Origin: Hyphomonadaceae bacterium
GTDB taxonomy: Bacteria; Pseudomonadota; Alphaproteobacteria; Caulobacterales; Hyphomonadaceae
Direction: 5' to 3'
NCBI GenBank assembly: GCA_027485145.1
Contig: JAIXRO010000103.1
Span: 37,244-101,243, forward strand
Length of the DNA stretch: 64,000 nt
Shown: in pieces, positions 36,380-45,513 of the stretch
Layout: each line of letters opens with the position of its first letter
Position numbering within the stretch: position 1 is the first letter of the stretch
The notes under the pieces: model-generated
Told to the model about the DNA's origin: nothing
Databases searched by the model: none
Seen by the model: only the letters and a program-made list of their open reading frames with translations
Position numbers and translations under genes: made by a program

Positions 36380-39010
36380 TTACCAGCGATAGCTTGCCCC
36401 GACATAATAGGCCGGCGCCAGTCCGATGAGGGCCTGCGGGATCTCCTGATTGCGGCCGATATTATCCTGTTTGCGTTCGTCGAAGACGTTCTGCCCTTCG
36501 AACTGGAGCGTCGTGCGTTCAGTGAGATTGTAGCGAACCTGCAGATCAACGGTCTCGAAGGGTTGCTGGAAGCGGTTTCGATAGAACTCAGCCTGACTGG
36601 TAAAGTTCGAGAACCGGCTCTCCCATTGTTCCCCGACCCGGTTGTAAGCAACACGCCCTTCCAGAGGACCCCTGGTATAGAACAAGGTGAGATTTAGGAT
36701 GTCCTGCGCTTGCTCACGCAGGCCAGGCGATTGAATAACGGTCTGGTCGGCGAGCGTGACCGGAAAATCAGTATCCAACAAAGTCAGGTTCCCGCTCATC
36801 CCGAGTCCGTCCAAGGGCTGAGGCAGGAAGGTGAAGTTCTTCACAAAGCCGATCTCGATTCCGTCAACGATGACTTCATTGGGAGAGTTGCGCGCCTGGG
36901 TAACGAGGACCTGCCGGTCCACGCCGTTGATCGTGGCGGTTTCAAGCTGACCGAATGTGAAGATCTCATTCTCGATGTTCTTTCGGAACAAGGCAATCGA
37001 GGCGAGGCCGTCCCGGCCATCGAAGAACCAATCCAAAGCCAGATCGAAATTGTCCGAGATCCGGGGCTCGAGATCCGGGTTTGCGCGCGACAAAGTCGGC
37101 GTGGCCACGCCGTTATCTGTAAGCGTCTCACCCCGCGGTGCGAGATCAGAATAACGGGCCCGGCCAAGCGCGCGAGACGCTGTCGCGGTCAGGCGCAGAT
37201 CATCCGTCAGGTTGTAGGAAACTGCTGCGCTCGGCAGGATGTCGTCACGACTGGTCGAGACATTGATCGGGGTCCAGACAGTGTTGATCCGCCGCAGGCC
37301 CTCTCCCTCGACGTCTGTGCGCTCGTAGCGCACGCCGGCGCTGAGGGTCCAGGGTCCTGTCTCGATCCGCGCAAGACCGAAGACGCCGAGGATATCCTCA
37401 TTGAGCCGGTAATCTCCATTGTTGTTGGCGGCGACATCAGGTGTCGCCGTGTAGGCCGACCGAAACTGGTCGAATGTTGCATTGGCCCTCGGCAGGCTGA
37501 TTGCAAAGAAGTCTGAACCGGTCGAACCAAACGGCGCAAAGCCAGATCCGGGATCCAGCATCGCCGTCAGATTGTAGCGCGCGCCCGTGAACGTCGTGCG
37601 GTCGAAGCCGACGCCGCGAACGGTGCGCTGGAAGCGTCCACCGACCTTGTAGCCGATGCCCTGCCCTTCCATACCTGACGAAAGGTTCAGCTCGCCGTCG
37701 TAGACGTTTTCGGTGAGGCGCTGTTCTTCGTCCCGGTGGTTGATCAGGGCGTAGCGGGCAGGATCGAGCGCCAGAGCCGGATTGACCGCGGTGAAGGTAT
37801 GGACTGGATCGCTGATCTGATAGTTGAACTGAAGGCCATTTTGCTGAAATTGATCCCAGCGCTGAGGGTTTTCGGAATGGGCACCTGACCAGCCGAGCTT
37901 GGCTTCCATATCGAGATTGGAAAGGGGTTGGTAATTCGTCGTAAAATTTAAACCGTATACAGATCTCTCAAAGGTGAGCTGTCCCAGCTGGACCAGCTGA
38001 ATGACGTTGCTCAGCGTGCCGCTCGTTGCCGTCTGATTGGACACAGCGGCACCGGTCTGAACCTGAGCGGTTGTTTCGTACCGGTCAGATTGTTCATTAT
38101 GTTCGTAGTAGTAGGCGTTGACTTCACCTGAAAGATCGCCGCCTGGGGACCAGTCGAGCTTGGCGGAAAGTCCTGAGCGGTCGCGGTCATTGTCATAGAT
38201 GTACCAGCGGCGTTCTGACGGGACCCACTGGCCGTTTCCGCCATAGGGCGTCGTCGACCGGGTGCCGTTGGTGTTGTAGAAAAAGGACTGACCGCCGGTT
38301 TCCAGCTGCGGAACGAACAATTCACGCGACCAGTGTGATGCCGAGACGACAAGTCCGAACGCATCATCCGGACCGAAGCGGAGGCCGCCAGAGGCTTCCA
38401 GATCGAAAGACGGCGTCTGGCCGCCGTAGTCGTCGTCCTGAAGGAATGCGCCGTAGCGCCCGGACACGCGGAAGTGGTCTTCTCCCAGATCGGCCTGGCT
38501 GCGAGAAATGAAGTCGACCGTGCCCCCGATCGCGTGACCCTCGATGTCTGCCCGGGCCGTTTTGACAACGTCGATGCGAGACGCCAGCGACGAGGGCAGC
38601 ACTTCGACAAAAACACGCCGGCCGTCTGGGTCGGGTGAGGCCATATGGAAGCCGTCGACAGTCGTCGAGTTGTAATCTGCGTTCAGGCCGCGCAGCGAGA
38701 CATGTCGCGGCTCGCCCTGATAATAGAACACGTTCACGCCAGGGACCCGGCGCAGTGCATCGCCGGCATTAAAGTCAGGCAGCCGGCCCACATCGTCCGC
38801 CGTGACGGAGTCGATCACACCGAGCGTGTCGCGTTTGATGTCGATGGCCTCGCGGTTTTGCAGGCGCACGCCGGTGACGACAACCGCTTCAAGGGCCAAT
38901 TCAGTTTCAGCCGTTTGACTGGCCTCCTGAGCGAGTGCAATTTCGCCGTGTCCAACCGTTGCAGCGACTGTCGCCAGAACCCATCCAGCCTTGTCCAGAT
39001 ATCGACCCAT
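36380..39010 (-). CDS. TonB-dependent receptor 2
   Basis: VVVTGVR, DVGRLPD, NPDLEP; C-terminal VGASYRW. Confidence 0.95.
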   Translation of the reverse strand: MGRYLDKAGWVLATVAATVGHGEIALAQEASQTAETELALEAVVVTGVRLQNREAIDIKRDTLGVIDSVTADDVGRLPDFNAGDALRRVPGVNVFYYQGEPRHVSLRGLNADYNSTTVDGFHMASPDPDGRRVFVEVLPSSLASRIDVVKTARADIEGHAIGGTVDFISRSQADLGEDHFRVSGRYGAFLQDDDYGGQTPSFDLEASGGLRFGPDDAFGLVVSASHWSRELFVPQLETGGQSFFYNTNGTRSTTPYGGNGQWVPSERRWYIYDNDRDRSGLSAKLDWSPGGDLSGEVNAYYYEHNEQSDRYETTAQVQTGAAVSNQTATSGTLSNVIQLVQLGQLTFERSVYGLNFTTNYQPLSNLDMEAKLGWSGAHSENPQRWDQFQQNGLQFNYQISDPVHTFTAVNPALALDPARYALINHRDEEQRLTENVYDGELNLSSGMEGQGIGYKVGGRFQRTVRGVGFDRTTFTGARYNLTAMLDPGSGFAPFGSTGSDFFAISLPRANATFDQFRSAYTATPDVAANNNGDYRLNEDILGVFGLARIETGPWTLSAGVRYERTDVEGEGLRRINTVWTPINVSTSRDDILPSAAVSYNLTDDLRLTATASRALGRARYSDLAPRGETLTDNGVATPTLSRANPDLEPRISDNFDLALDWFFDGRDGLASIALFRKNIENEIFTFGQLETATINGVDRQVLVTQARNSPNEVIVDGIEIGFVKNFTFLPQPLDGLGMSGNLTLLDTDFPVTLADQTVIQSPGLREQAQDILNLTLFYTRGPLEGRVAYNRVGEQWESRFSNFTSQAEFYRNRFQQPFETVDLQVRYNLTERTTLQFEGQNVFDERKQDNIGRNQEIPQALIGLAPAYYVGASYRW

Positions 39011-39150
39011 TTATTTCCCCTGACTTTGCAGCTTGAGCGCCCGCGATTGCGATTGCGTTGGGGACCGACTACTAACTCACCGTTAGTTAAACAAGAAACA
39101 GTTTTGTGACAGCCGCACCTGACAGGCTGCGCCTTAGCGCCGGAGATCAA

Positions 39151-40299
39151 ATGACTGACGCTCGTTTGCTTCCCAAGACCTTTCAAAGAGGGCGTGTCGT
39201 CGAAGTGGCCAATGCCAGTGAGCGGGCGGTTCTGGAGATTCTGCGTCAGTCAGGACCCATGACGCGCTCCGAAATCGCTCGGCGCTCGGGCTTGTCCGCG
39301 ATGTCGATTTCCCGGATTTCAGAGGCGCTCGAGGCAAGGAGTTTTGTCCGGACCGTTGGCAAGATCGCCGAAGGGCGAGGTGCGAATGAAGGTCTGGAAA
39401 TCAATGCGGACGCAGCGTTCTGTATCGGTGTTTCCATCCGTACCGATTCGGTTGCTGTTGCGCTGATGGACTTTGCCGGCGTGGTTCGGGGACTTCGGTC
39501 TGAAATCGTTCCTGAGATGCAAAAGTCCATCACGCTTGAGCGGATCGGAGACCTCATGGAGGCTGTGATCCGCAACGAAGTCCCTGACAAGGACAGACTG
39601 TTTGGTCTGGGGGTTGCGATCAGCGGCTTTTTCGTCGGCGATGGGTCGAAAGTGAACCCGCCGGATCTGCTTGAAGACTGGGCGCTCACAGACATCGAAT
39701 CGCTGCTGGCCCAGCGGTTCGAGCTCCCAGTTTGGGTGGACAATGATGGCAACGCGGCCGCGTTGGCAGAAGCCATGTTTGGGCTCGGCAAGGTTTATCC
39801 GAGCTTTGCCTACATGTACTTCTCCACCGGCTTTGGCGGCGGCATCGTTCAGAATGGCTCTATCTGGCGCGGTCGCAACGGAAACGCGGGGGAATTCGCA
39901 GGCACAATTCCGCTCGAGGGATTTGTTCATCCAAACCTCGAGAACCTGCGCCGGTTGCTTGAGGCTGAAGGCACGGAGATACCGACAGTCGCCGAGATGG
40001 TCGCGGGATTTGATCCAACTTGGCCAGCGGTCGAGATCTGGCTCGATCAGGTCACACCCGCTCTGAATATCGCGGCCTCCGCGGCATCGGCGGTGCTCGA
40101 CCCGGACGCAATTATTCTGGGCGGTATTCTTCCGAAGTCCCTCGGCGAGCGCATGATTGAGCGGATCAAGTTTTCAAGCGGGCCGCGCCGAGGTTTGATA
40201 CGACCTGTTCCGCCCGTGCTCTGCGCTGAAGTCATGCAAGACGCCGCCGCAATCGGAGCCGCAGCGGCGCCGCTCAAGGCGCACTTCTTTGGAAGCTGA
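39151..40299 (+). CDS. ROK-family transcriptional regulator 2
   Basis: GPMTRSEIARRSGLS HTH; VDNDGNAAALAE, GFGGG, GNAGEF; GGAG RBS. Confidence 0.92.
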   Translation: MTDARLLPKTFQRGRVVEVANASERAVLEILRQSGPMTRSEIARRSGLSAMSISRISEALEARSFVRTVGKIAEGRGANEGLEINADAAFCIGVSIRTDSVAVALMDFAGVVRGLRSEIVPEMQKSITLERIGDLMEAVIRNEVPDKDRLFGLGVAISGFFVGDGSKVNPPDLLEDWALTDIESLLAQRFELPVWVDNDGNAAALAEAMFGLGKVYPSFAYMYFSTGFGGGIVQNGSIWRGRNGNAGEFAGTIPLEGFVHPNLENLRRLLEAEGTEIPTVAEMVAGFDPTWPAVEIWLDQVTPALNIAASAASAVLDPDAIILGGILPKSLGERMIERIKFSSGPRRGLIRPVPPVLCAEVMQDAAAIGAAAAPLKAHFFGS

Positions 40300-40728
40300 G
40301 CTTCGGACCAGCTTCGAAGCGTCTCCCTCCCCTGCACGCGAGTGGCAAGGGTGTCCTAGAGCAGCGCGAAGCGCATGGGCGTGAACACCTTGGGAGTGCC
40401 CCGAGCTGACCTGACCGGCGCGCCTAAGAACACTTGTGCGGCGCAAACGGCATGCCCCATTACGACTGGTTCAACGGCAATCGGCGGACTGATTTAAGCC
40501 CGTGCGCCGGGGTGATGCGCGTTAATCCCGTGCGGTCTCGCTCCGAAGTGAGCAGGCTTCGCCTGAAAGGATCCCAGGGTCTATCTAAATGCTGCCGGGC
40601 ATGGCTGCCGGATCCGGCAAGCAAAGGCACAGAATTTTCTTCGCATTGATGCTCTAAGTAGATTGGGCGATGTCGGCCTTTTTGTTCCCGTGGAGCAAGG
40701 GCAGACAGCAACAGGGGTTCAGATCGGC

Positions 40729-42474
40729 ATGGGGGCATTGGATTGGGCGATAATCGCTGCATTCGTCCCTGTCGTCGCGTTTCTGGCCTTCAAGAAACTA
40801 TCGCCGGCAGATCGTTCTGTGGACAGGTTTGTCGGCGGACGAAACATGTCGTGGATACTGTTGGGGGGCTCCCTGGCGGCAACATCGCTTTCCACAGACA
40901 CACCTTTTTTGGTCGCCGGCGCCTTCTACGGCGACGGACTAGCGGGCAATTGGTTTTGGCTCGCAAGCGTGCCGGGCACCATGGCAACCTTGTTCTTCTT
41001 TGCGCGGTATTGGCGCCGGTCAGGTGTGCTTACCAAAGTCGAGATTCTCGCCGCCCGCTACGGAAACGAAAGGTCTACCAAATGGCTGCGAGCGGCAACG
41101 GCGCTTTTTGATGGAGGGCTGGTGAATATCCTGGTCCTCGCCGCAGTGACGTATGGCTGCAACCTTGTTGTGGAGAACATTCTCGGGATCTCTAACGCCC
41201 CACTTTTCGAACTGGGTCCTCTGAAGTTTTCTCACGCCTCGCTGCTGACAGCGGCGATGACCTGCCTGACGGCGATTTACACCTTGACCGGCGGCTTCAA
41301 GGGCGTCGTTCGTACTGATCTGCTTCAGCTTTGTGTCGCCGTGTTAGCGAGCGCTTTTCTCGCGGCCATAGCTATCTTCAGCGGGATCGACACGTACGGC
41401 AGCTATGAAGGCTTGGTAGAAGCACTCCCTGAACCGACCAAACTCTTTGATCTGTTCAACACCGATGACGTATCGATCGGGCTACTGCTGATGTTTGGCT
41501 GGTGGCAAAGTGCAACTGGCAGCGGGATCTTCGTCCAACGCCTCGTGTCCGCAAAGAATGAGGCCGAAGCTGCGCTGACTGCATTTTCCTTTGCGATCAT
41601 TCACTATGTGATCCGCGTCTGGCCTTGGTATGCGATTGGCGCGCTGGCGCTGATCCACTTTCCCAATCTCAGCGAAGACGAACTCGCTTTTCCGATGGTC
41701 GCGGAAAAATTCCTTCCCCACGGAGGTCTGGGTCTGCTCGTGATCGGCTTGGTCTCCGCCTTCATGAGTACGGTTGATTCCAGACTGAACTGGGGCGCAT
41801 CGTATTTTGTCAACGACGTCGTCGGCCCATTTTCTAAGGGCCTGAGTTACAGAAGCTCTCGCCGGACAGAAGCGCTCGCCATCGTCTTGACGACACTCTT
41901 TGTTCTCGCGATCACGTTCTGCGACGTGATGACAAGCATCTTGAGCGTCTACAAATACCTGATGCTCCTCCAGGCGGGCTATGCCTTCGCGGCGATCGCG
42001 CGTTGGTACTGGTGGCGGATGACAATCTGGGCCGAACTTGCCGCATTTGCAGCCAGTCTTGTCCTTGGAAACATCCTGGCGGTCTTGATTGATCTCGATC
42101 ACGGGAACGGATTTGCAATTGCCATGGCTTTGAACACGGTGATTTGCGGCGGCCTGACCTTGGTCACTGCTGTGTGGTCGAGCCGCGGCGGCCCGTCACT
42201 TCCCTGCCAGGAGTTTGCCCGAAAGGTTGAGGTGGGTGGTCCCGGTTGGTTCAAAGCGGGTGGATCGAGTTCGCAAGCATCCGCGCCATCGCCGTTCGGG
42301 AAAACGGTGATCCATTGGCTGGCGTCGGTGGTTATGATCTATTCTGCCATTTGTCTTATCGGAGCCATCGCGGTCTTGAACTGCTGGTCCGCCGGCATTG
42401 CCGCTGTTGTTCTGACCGCAGCGCTCGGCTGGCTCTGGCTCCATCGTTCAGAACTGAAATCAGCTCTGACTTGA
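40729..42474 (+). CDS. Sodium:solute symporter (SSS) family transporter
   Basis: FVGGRNMSW..LGGSLAAT..STDT, TGGFKGVVRTD, QRLVSAKNE, SAFMST.DS.LNW. Confidence 0.9.
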   Translation: MGALDWAIIAAFVPVVAFLAFKKLSPADRSVDRFVGGRNMSWILLGGSLAATSLSTDTPFLVAGAFYGDGLAGNWFWLASVPGTMATLFFFARYWRRSGVLTKVEILAARYGNERSTKWLRAATALFDGGLVNILVLAAVTYGCNLVVENILGISNAPLFELGPLKFSHASLLTAAMTCLTAIYTLTGGFKGVVRTDLLQLCVAVLASAFLAAIAIFSGIDTYGSYEGLVEALPEPTKLFDLFNTDDVSIGLLLMFGWWQSATGSGIFVQRLVSAKNEAEAALTAFSFAIIHYVIRVWPWYAIGALALIHFPNLSEDELAFPMVAEKFLPHGGLGLLVIGLVSAFMSTVDSRLNWGASYFVNDVVGPFSKGLSYRSSRRTEALAIVLTTLFVLAITFCDVMTSILSVYKYLMLLQAGYAFAAIARWYWWRMTIWAELAAFAASLVLGNILAVLIDLDHGNGFAIAMALNTVICGGLTLVTAVWSSRGGPSLPCQEFARKVEVGGPGWFKAGGSSSQASAPSPFGKTVIHWLASVVMIYSAICLIGAIAVLNCWSAGIAAVVLTAALGWLWLHRSELKSALT

Positions 42475-42481
42475 GGCGCGT

Positions 42482-43600
42482 CTATTGAGTGTAGAGAAAC
42501 GCGGCGACGGGAAGCGCCGATGCGCCTACCGACAAACAGTCTGTTCTCGGATCAACAAGAATGCGGGGCTTTGGCGCATGAAATCCGGCGAAATTGACAC
42601 CTTCGATCTTTAGTCGTTCACCTAGCGCTTGACGCACGTTCGGCAAAAGGCGGCCTGCAAGTATAATCGCTTGAGGATCAAGCAGCGCTGCGATGGCATT
42701 GATGGCAGGTTCCAGAGACGCGGCAGCCTGTTCAAGCCATGTTTCCATCACCGGTTCTCCGTCTCGCAGGGCGGTTTCAATCTCTTCATCACTAGGGGTG
42801 TGCCCCCATTCCTCCCGAAGAAAATTCATCATGCTTTCGATCGCCGGACGCGCGAGCGAAGGCGTTTTGGGAACGAAGCTTGCGACCTCTCCAGCGTTGC
42901 CAACATGACCTCGGATGAGCTGCCCGTTCTGTACAAATCCACCACCGATGCCTTTCGTCATCAGGATTAGGAAAAAGCTATCCAGTTGCTTGCCGATCCC
43001 ATCGACGGCCTGACCGATGGCGGCGGCCCTGCCATCATTCTCAACAAAGACCTTCATTGGAACCGGTACGCAGAAAGAGGTCATCAGATCGACCGCGCTC
43101 CAACCTGTCAGATCGTTGCGAGACACCAAGCGGCGTGTTCCTTCTTCGATGAAGAACCCGGAAATGGACACGCCGACCCCGAGCGCAAATGCGTCACCGG
43201 GCACCGCGCCAATCGCGGTGTTCAGCATTTCGGTTGCTTCGGCGATTGCCACTGCCGCCTGACCGTAGGGGCCGCGCCGCTTCAAATAGACAAGTTGTTC
43301 GCCGCCGAGTTCGGAGGCCACACACGTGATCTGGTCATGTTCGATCACGAGCCCGAACGAGACGAGGCGGCTCGGCTTGATTGTCAGATAGATGGCGGGT
43401 TGTCCTCGCCCGGCGATGCGGCGCTCGCCTTCCACGAGGATCTCGTCATCTATCAGCTGCTTTGTGAGCCTCGTTAGCGACTGAGTCGAAAGTCCTGTCG
43501 ATTTTGCAAGATCGACCCGGCTCGCCGAGCCGTGCCGGTGAAGCTCACGAAGGACCGAAAGGTGGCTCGGGATGAGTGGCAGTTCACTTATCGGCCTCAA
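42482..43600 (-). CDS. ROK-family transcriptional regulator 3
   Basis: SRVDLAKSTGLS HTH; GRGQP, VENDGRAAA.G, GIGGG, GNAGE. Confidence 0.92.
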   Translation of the reverse strand: MRPISELPLIPSHLSVLRELHRHGSASRVDLAKSTGLSTQSLTRLTKQLIDDEILVEGERRIAGRGQPAIYLTIKPSRLVSFGLVIEHDQITCVASELGGEQLVYLKRRGPYGQAAVAIAEATEMLNTAIGAVPGDAFALGVGVSISGFFIEEGTRRLVSRNDLTGWSAVDLMTSFCVPVPMKVFVENDGRAAAIGQAVDGIGKQLDSFFLILMTKGIGGGFVQNGQLIRGHVGNAGEVASFVPKTPSLARPAIESMMNFLREEWGHTPSDEEIETALRDGEPVMETWLEQAAASLEPAINAIAALLDPQAIILAGRLLPNVRQALGERLKIEGVNFAGFHAPKPRILVDPRTDCLSVGASALPVAAFLYTQ

Positions 43601-43749
43601 ACCAGACCTCCTGATGTTTTCGGTTTCCTCGAGGCGTAGGCTACATCCTCGAGGCAGAACTTGCAGGCTTATCTCTCGGCAAATCGTTTACAAGGTTCCG
43701 AAAGTCGATTAATCGCCGCTTCGGGATTTAATTTGACTGCGGGTGATAA

Positions 43750-45345
43750 ATGCGTCCAACACCGCACAAACACCAAAAAGTCATAGGCGGCCGGGCGCTC
43801 GGCGTTGGCACGCTCGCCGCTCTAGCCGTGCTGTTACTTCCCAGCTGCGAAACGCCCCATATTACCCAGGCGAGCGGCGCAATCATCGAGCCGCTGCCCC
43901 TCGGGCGAAGCGATCTCGCCGAGACACGCCATACCTATTTCGTCGCACGAGGCCTCAGCCATCATACAATTCGCCGGTCATCGCCCTCTGAACCAAGGGA
44001 GCATTGGGTATTGCGATCGCCTCCATTGCGATCAGAGAACGAAGCGTCCAGCTTTGAGGCGTGCGTTGCAAGAGAGGCAAGCGGCGATTGGGAGACCGAG
44101 ACTTATGGGTATCCGGGCCGGCCAGATCTTATTTACCGCATTCTCAACACCGGCGCGTTCACGTCACTCGAGGCGGTTCGTTCGTCTGGGGTCTACGCCG
44201 GATTGACGGCTTGCGGGTTCAAACCTCAGAATGTTCAGTATACGCCCCAGAGCGATAACGGCCCTTGGAACGTAAATATTCTGGAACTTGATCCCACTCA
44301 ATTTGCGGGAAGTCTCCGAATCGATCTTGCCCGCGGCGAAATTGCCGGCCTCGAACCTGTTGCTGCAATTGCAGAGCGCGCCGGCGCGCTGGCGGCGGTC
44401 AATGCCAGTTTTTTCGTCATGCATGCAGCCGATGGCATTGTTGGCGATGTTGCCGGCCTCTCGGTGATCGAGGGTCGCATTCGCAGTGAAGCGCTGAATG
44501 GGCGCGCGGCATTGGTTGTCGCAAACAAACCCGACGTGACGGTCTCGATTGAAGATCTGACGGCGCCGGTGGCTCTTGCGTTTCCTGACGGAACGCAGAT
44601 TGCAGCGGACGGGATCAACAGGGCGCCGGGCCTGACGCGCAATTGCGGCAATGACGGAGATCATCCGACATCAATAGCGATGCATGATGTGACCTGCCGC
44701 GACGATGGTGAGATCATCATTCTGGATTCTAAGGCCGGCTTCGAACCTGACCCGTCCGTCCCGTTTCGTGTCTTCGTCAACGCGCTAGGACTTGTGTCCG
44801 ACCGCGGGCCAGCGGGCGGCATGGCGGACGAAGGTTTTGTGGTGATTGCGACGGGCGAGCGCGCAGATGAGCTCGCCGCCCTATTGAAGCCCGGGCAATC
44901 TGTAGAGATCCAGACTGCCTTCAGGAGCTCACAAAGCGATGTCTTTGCGATCAATGGCGCTCCTCTTCTGCTGAGAGACGGCGCGCCGATCGACCGGGCG
45001 CACCTGGAAGGCTGGCCGCTTGATGACCAGACTCCCTTGGCGCTTGCGGACGAGATACACCAATGGATCAATCTTCGGGCGCCGCGGACAGCGGTCGGCA
45101 TTCGCGGTGACGGGCACATTCTGTTCGTGACGATCGACGGCCGCCAGGGCGAAGTCAGCGTGGGCGCAACGATCGCTGAGCTGCGTGATGTGATGCGCGC
45201 GCTCGGCGCCGTTGATGCGCTCAATCTAGACGGCGGCGGCTCAACGACCCTTGTGGTCGACGGGCGTCTCGTGAACTCGCCTTCGGACCTGTCGGGCCCT
45301 CGGCCGGTGGCCGACGCGGTCCTTTTGCTGGGCCAGTCGAACTGA
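43750..45345 (+). CDS. Phosphodiester glycosidase (NAGPA-like) family lipoprotein
   Basis: AAVNASFF, PRTAVGI, TIDGR and ALNLDGGGST motifs; lipobox-like LPSC. Confidence 0.9.
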   Translation: MRPTPHKHQKVIGGRALGVGTLAALAVLLLPSCETPHITQASGAIIEPLPLGRSDLAETRHTYFVARGLSHHTIRRSSPSEPREHWVLRSPPLRSENEASSFEACVAREASGDWETETYGYPGRPDLIYRILNTGAFTSLEAVRSSGVYAGLTACGFKPQNVQYTPQSDNGPWNVNILELDPTQFAGSLRIDLARGEIAGLEPVAAIAERAGALAAVNASFFVMHAADGIVGDVAGLSVIEGRIRSEALNGRAALVVANKPDVTVSIEDLTAPVALAFPDGTQIAADGINRAPGLTRNCGNDGDHPTSIAMHDVTCRDDGEIIILDSKAGFEPDPSVPFRVFVNALGLVSDRGPAGGMADEGFVVIATGERADELAALLKPGQSVEIQTAFRSSQSDVFAINGAPLLLRDGAPIDRAHLEGWPLDDQTPLALADEIHQWINLRAPRTAVGIRGDGHILFVTIDGRQGEVSVGATIAELRDVMRALGAVDALNLDGGGSTTLVVDGRLVNSPSDLSGPRPVADAVLLLGQSN

Positions 45346-45407
45346 CCCGAGAAACTTTCGGGATCACGGTGCTTTGTCATCAAAGTGAAGCAAGACCTGT
45401 CTATATA

Positions 45408-45444
45408 TTAATCTCGTCTCGGGATTAAATATCTCAGAGATATT
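45408..45444. promoter_or_regulatory. Two adjacent palindromes upstream of TBDR3 (candidate operators)
   Basis: TTAATCTCG-tct-CGGGATTAA (45408-45428) and AATATCT-cag-AGATATT (45428-45444). Confidence 0.55.
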
Positions 45445-45513
45445 GGAATCGCCTGCGTTAGTACCGCTTTGGTGGTGGCGGGCGACTTGTTTGCAAATTC
45501 AGAGGGGCACCCC

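Noticed and set aside
40300-40660. Possible IS remnant or small ORF (HYDWFNGNRR)
   Set aside because: The resemblance to transposase C-termini is too weak to support.
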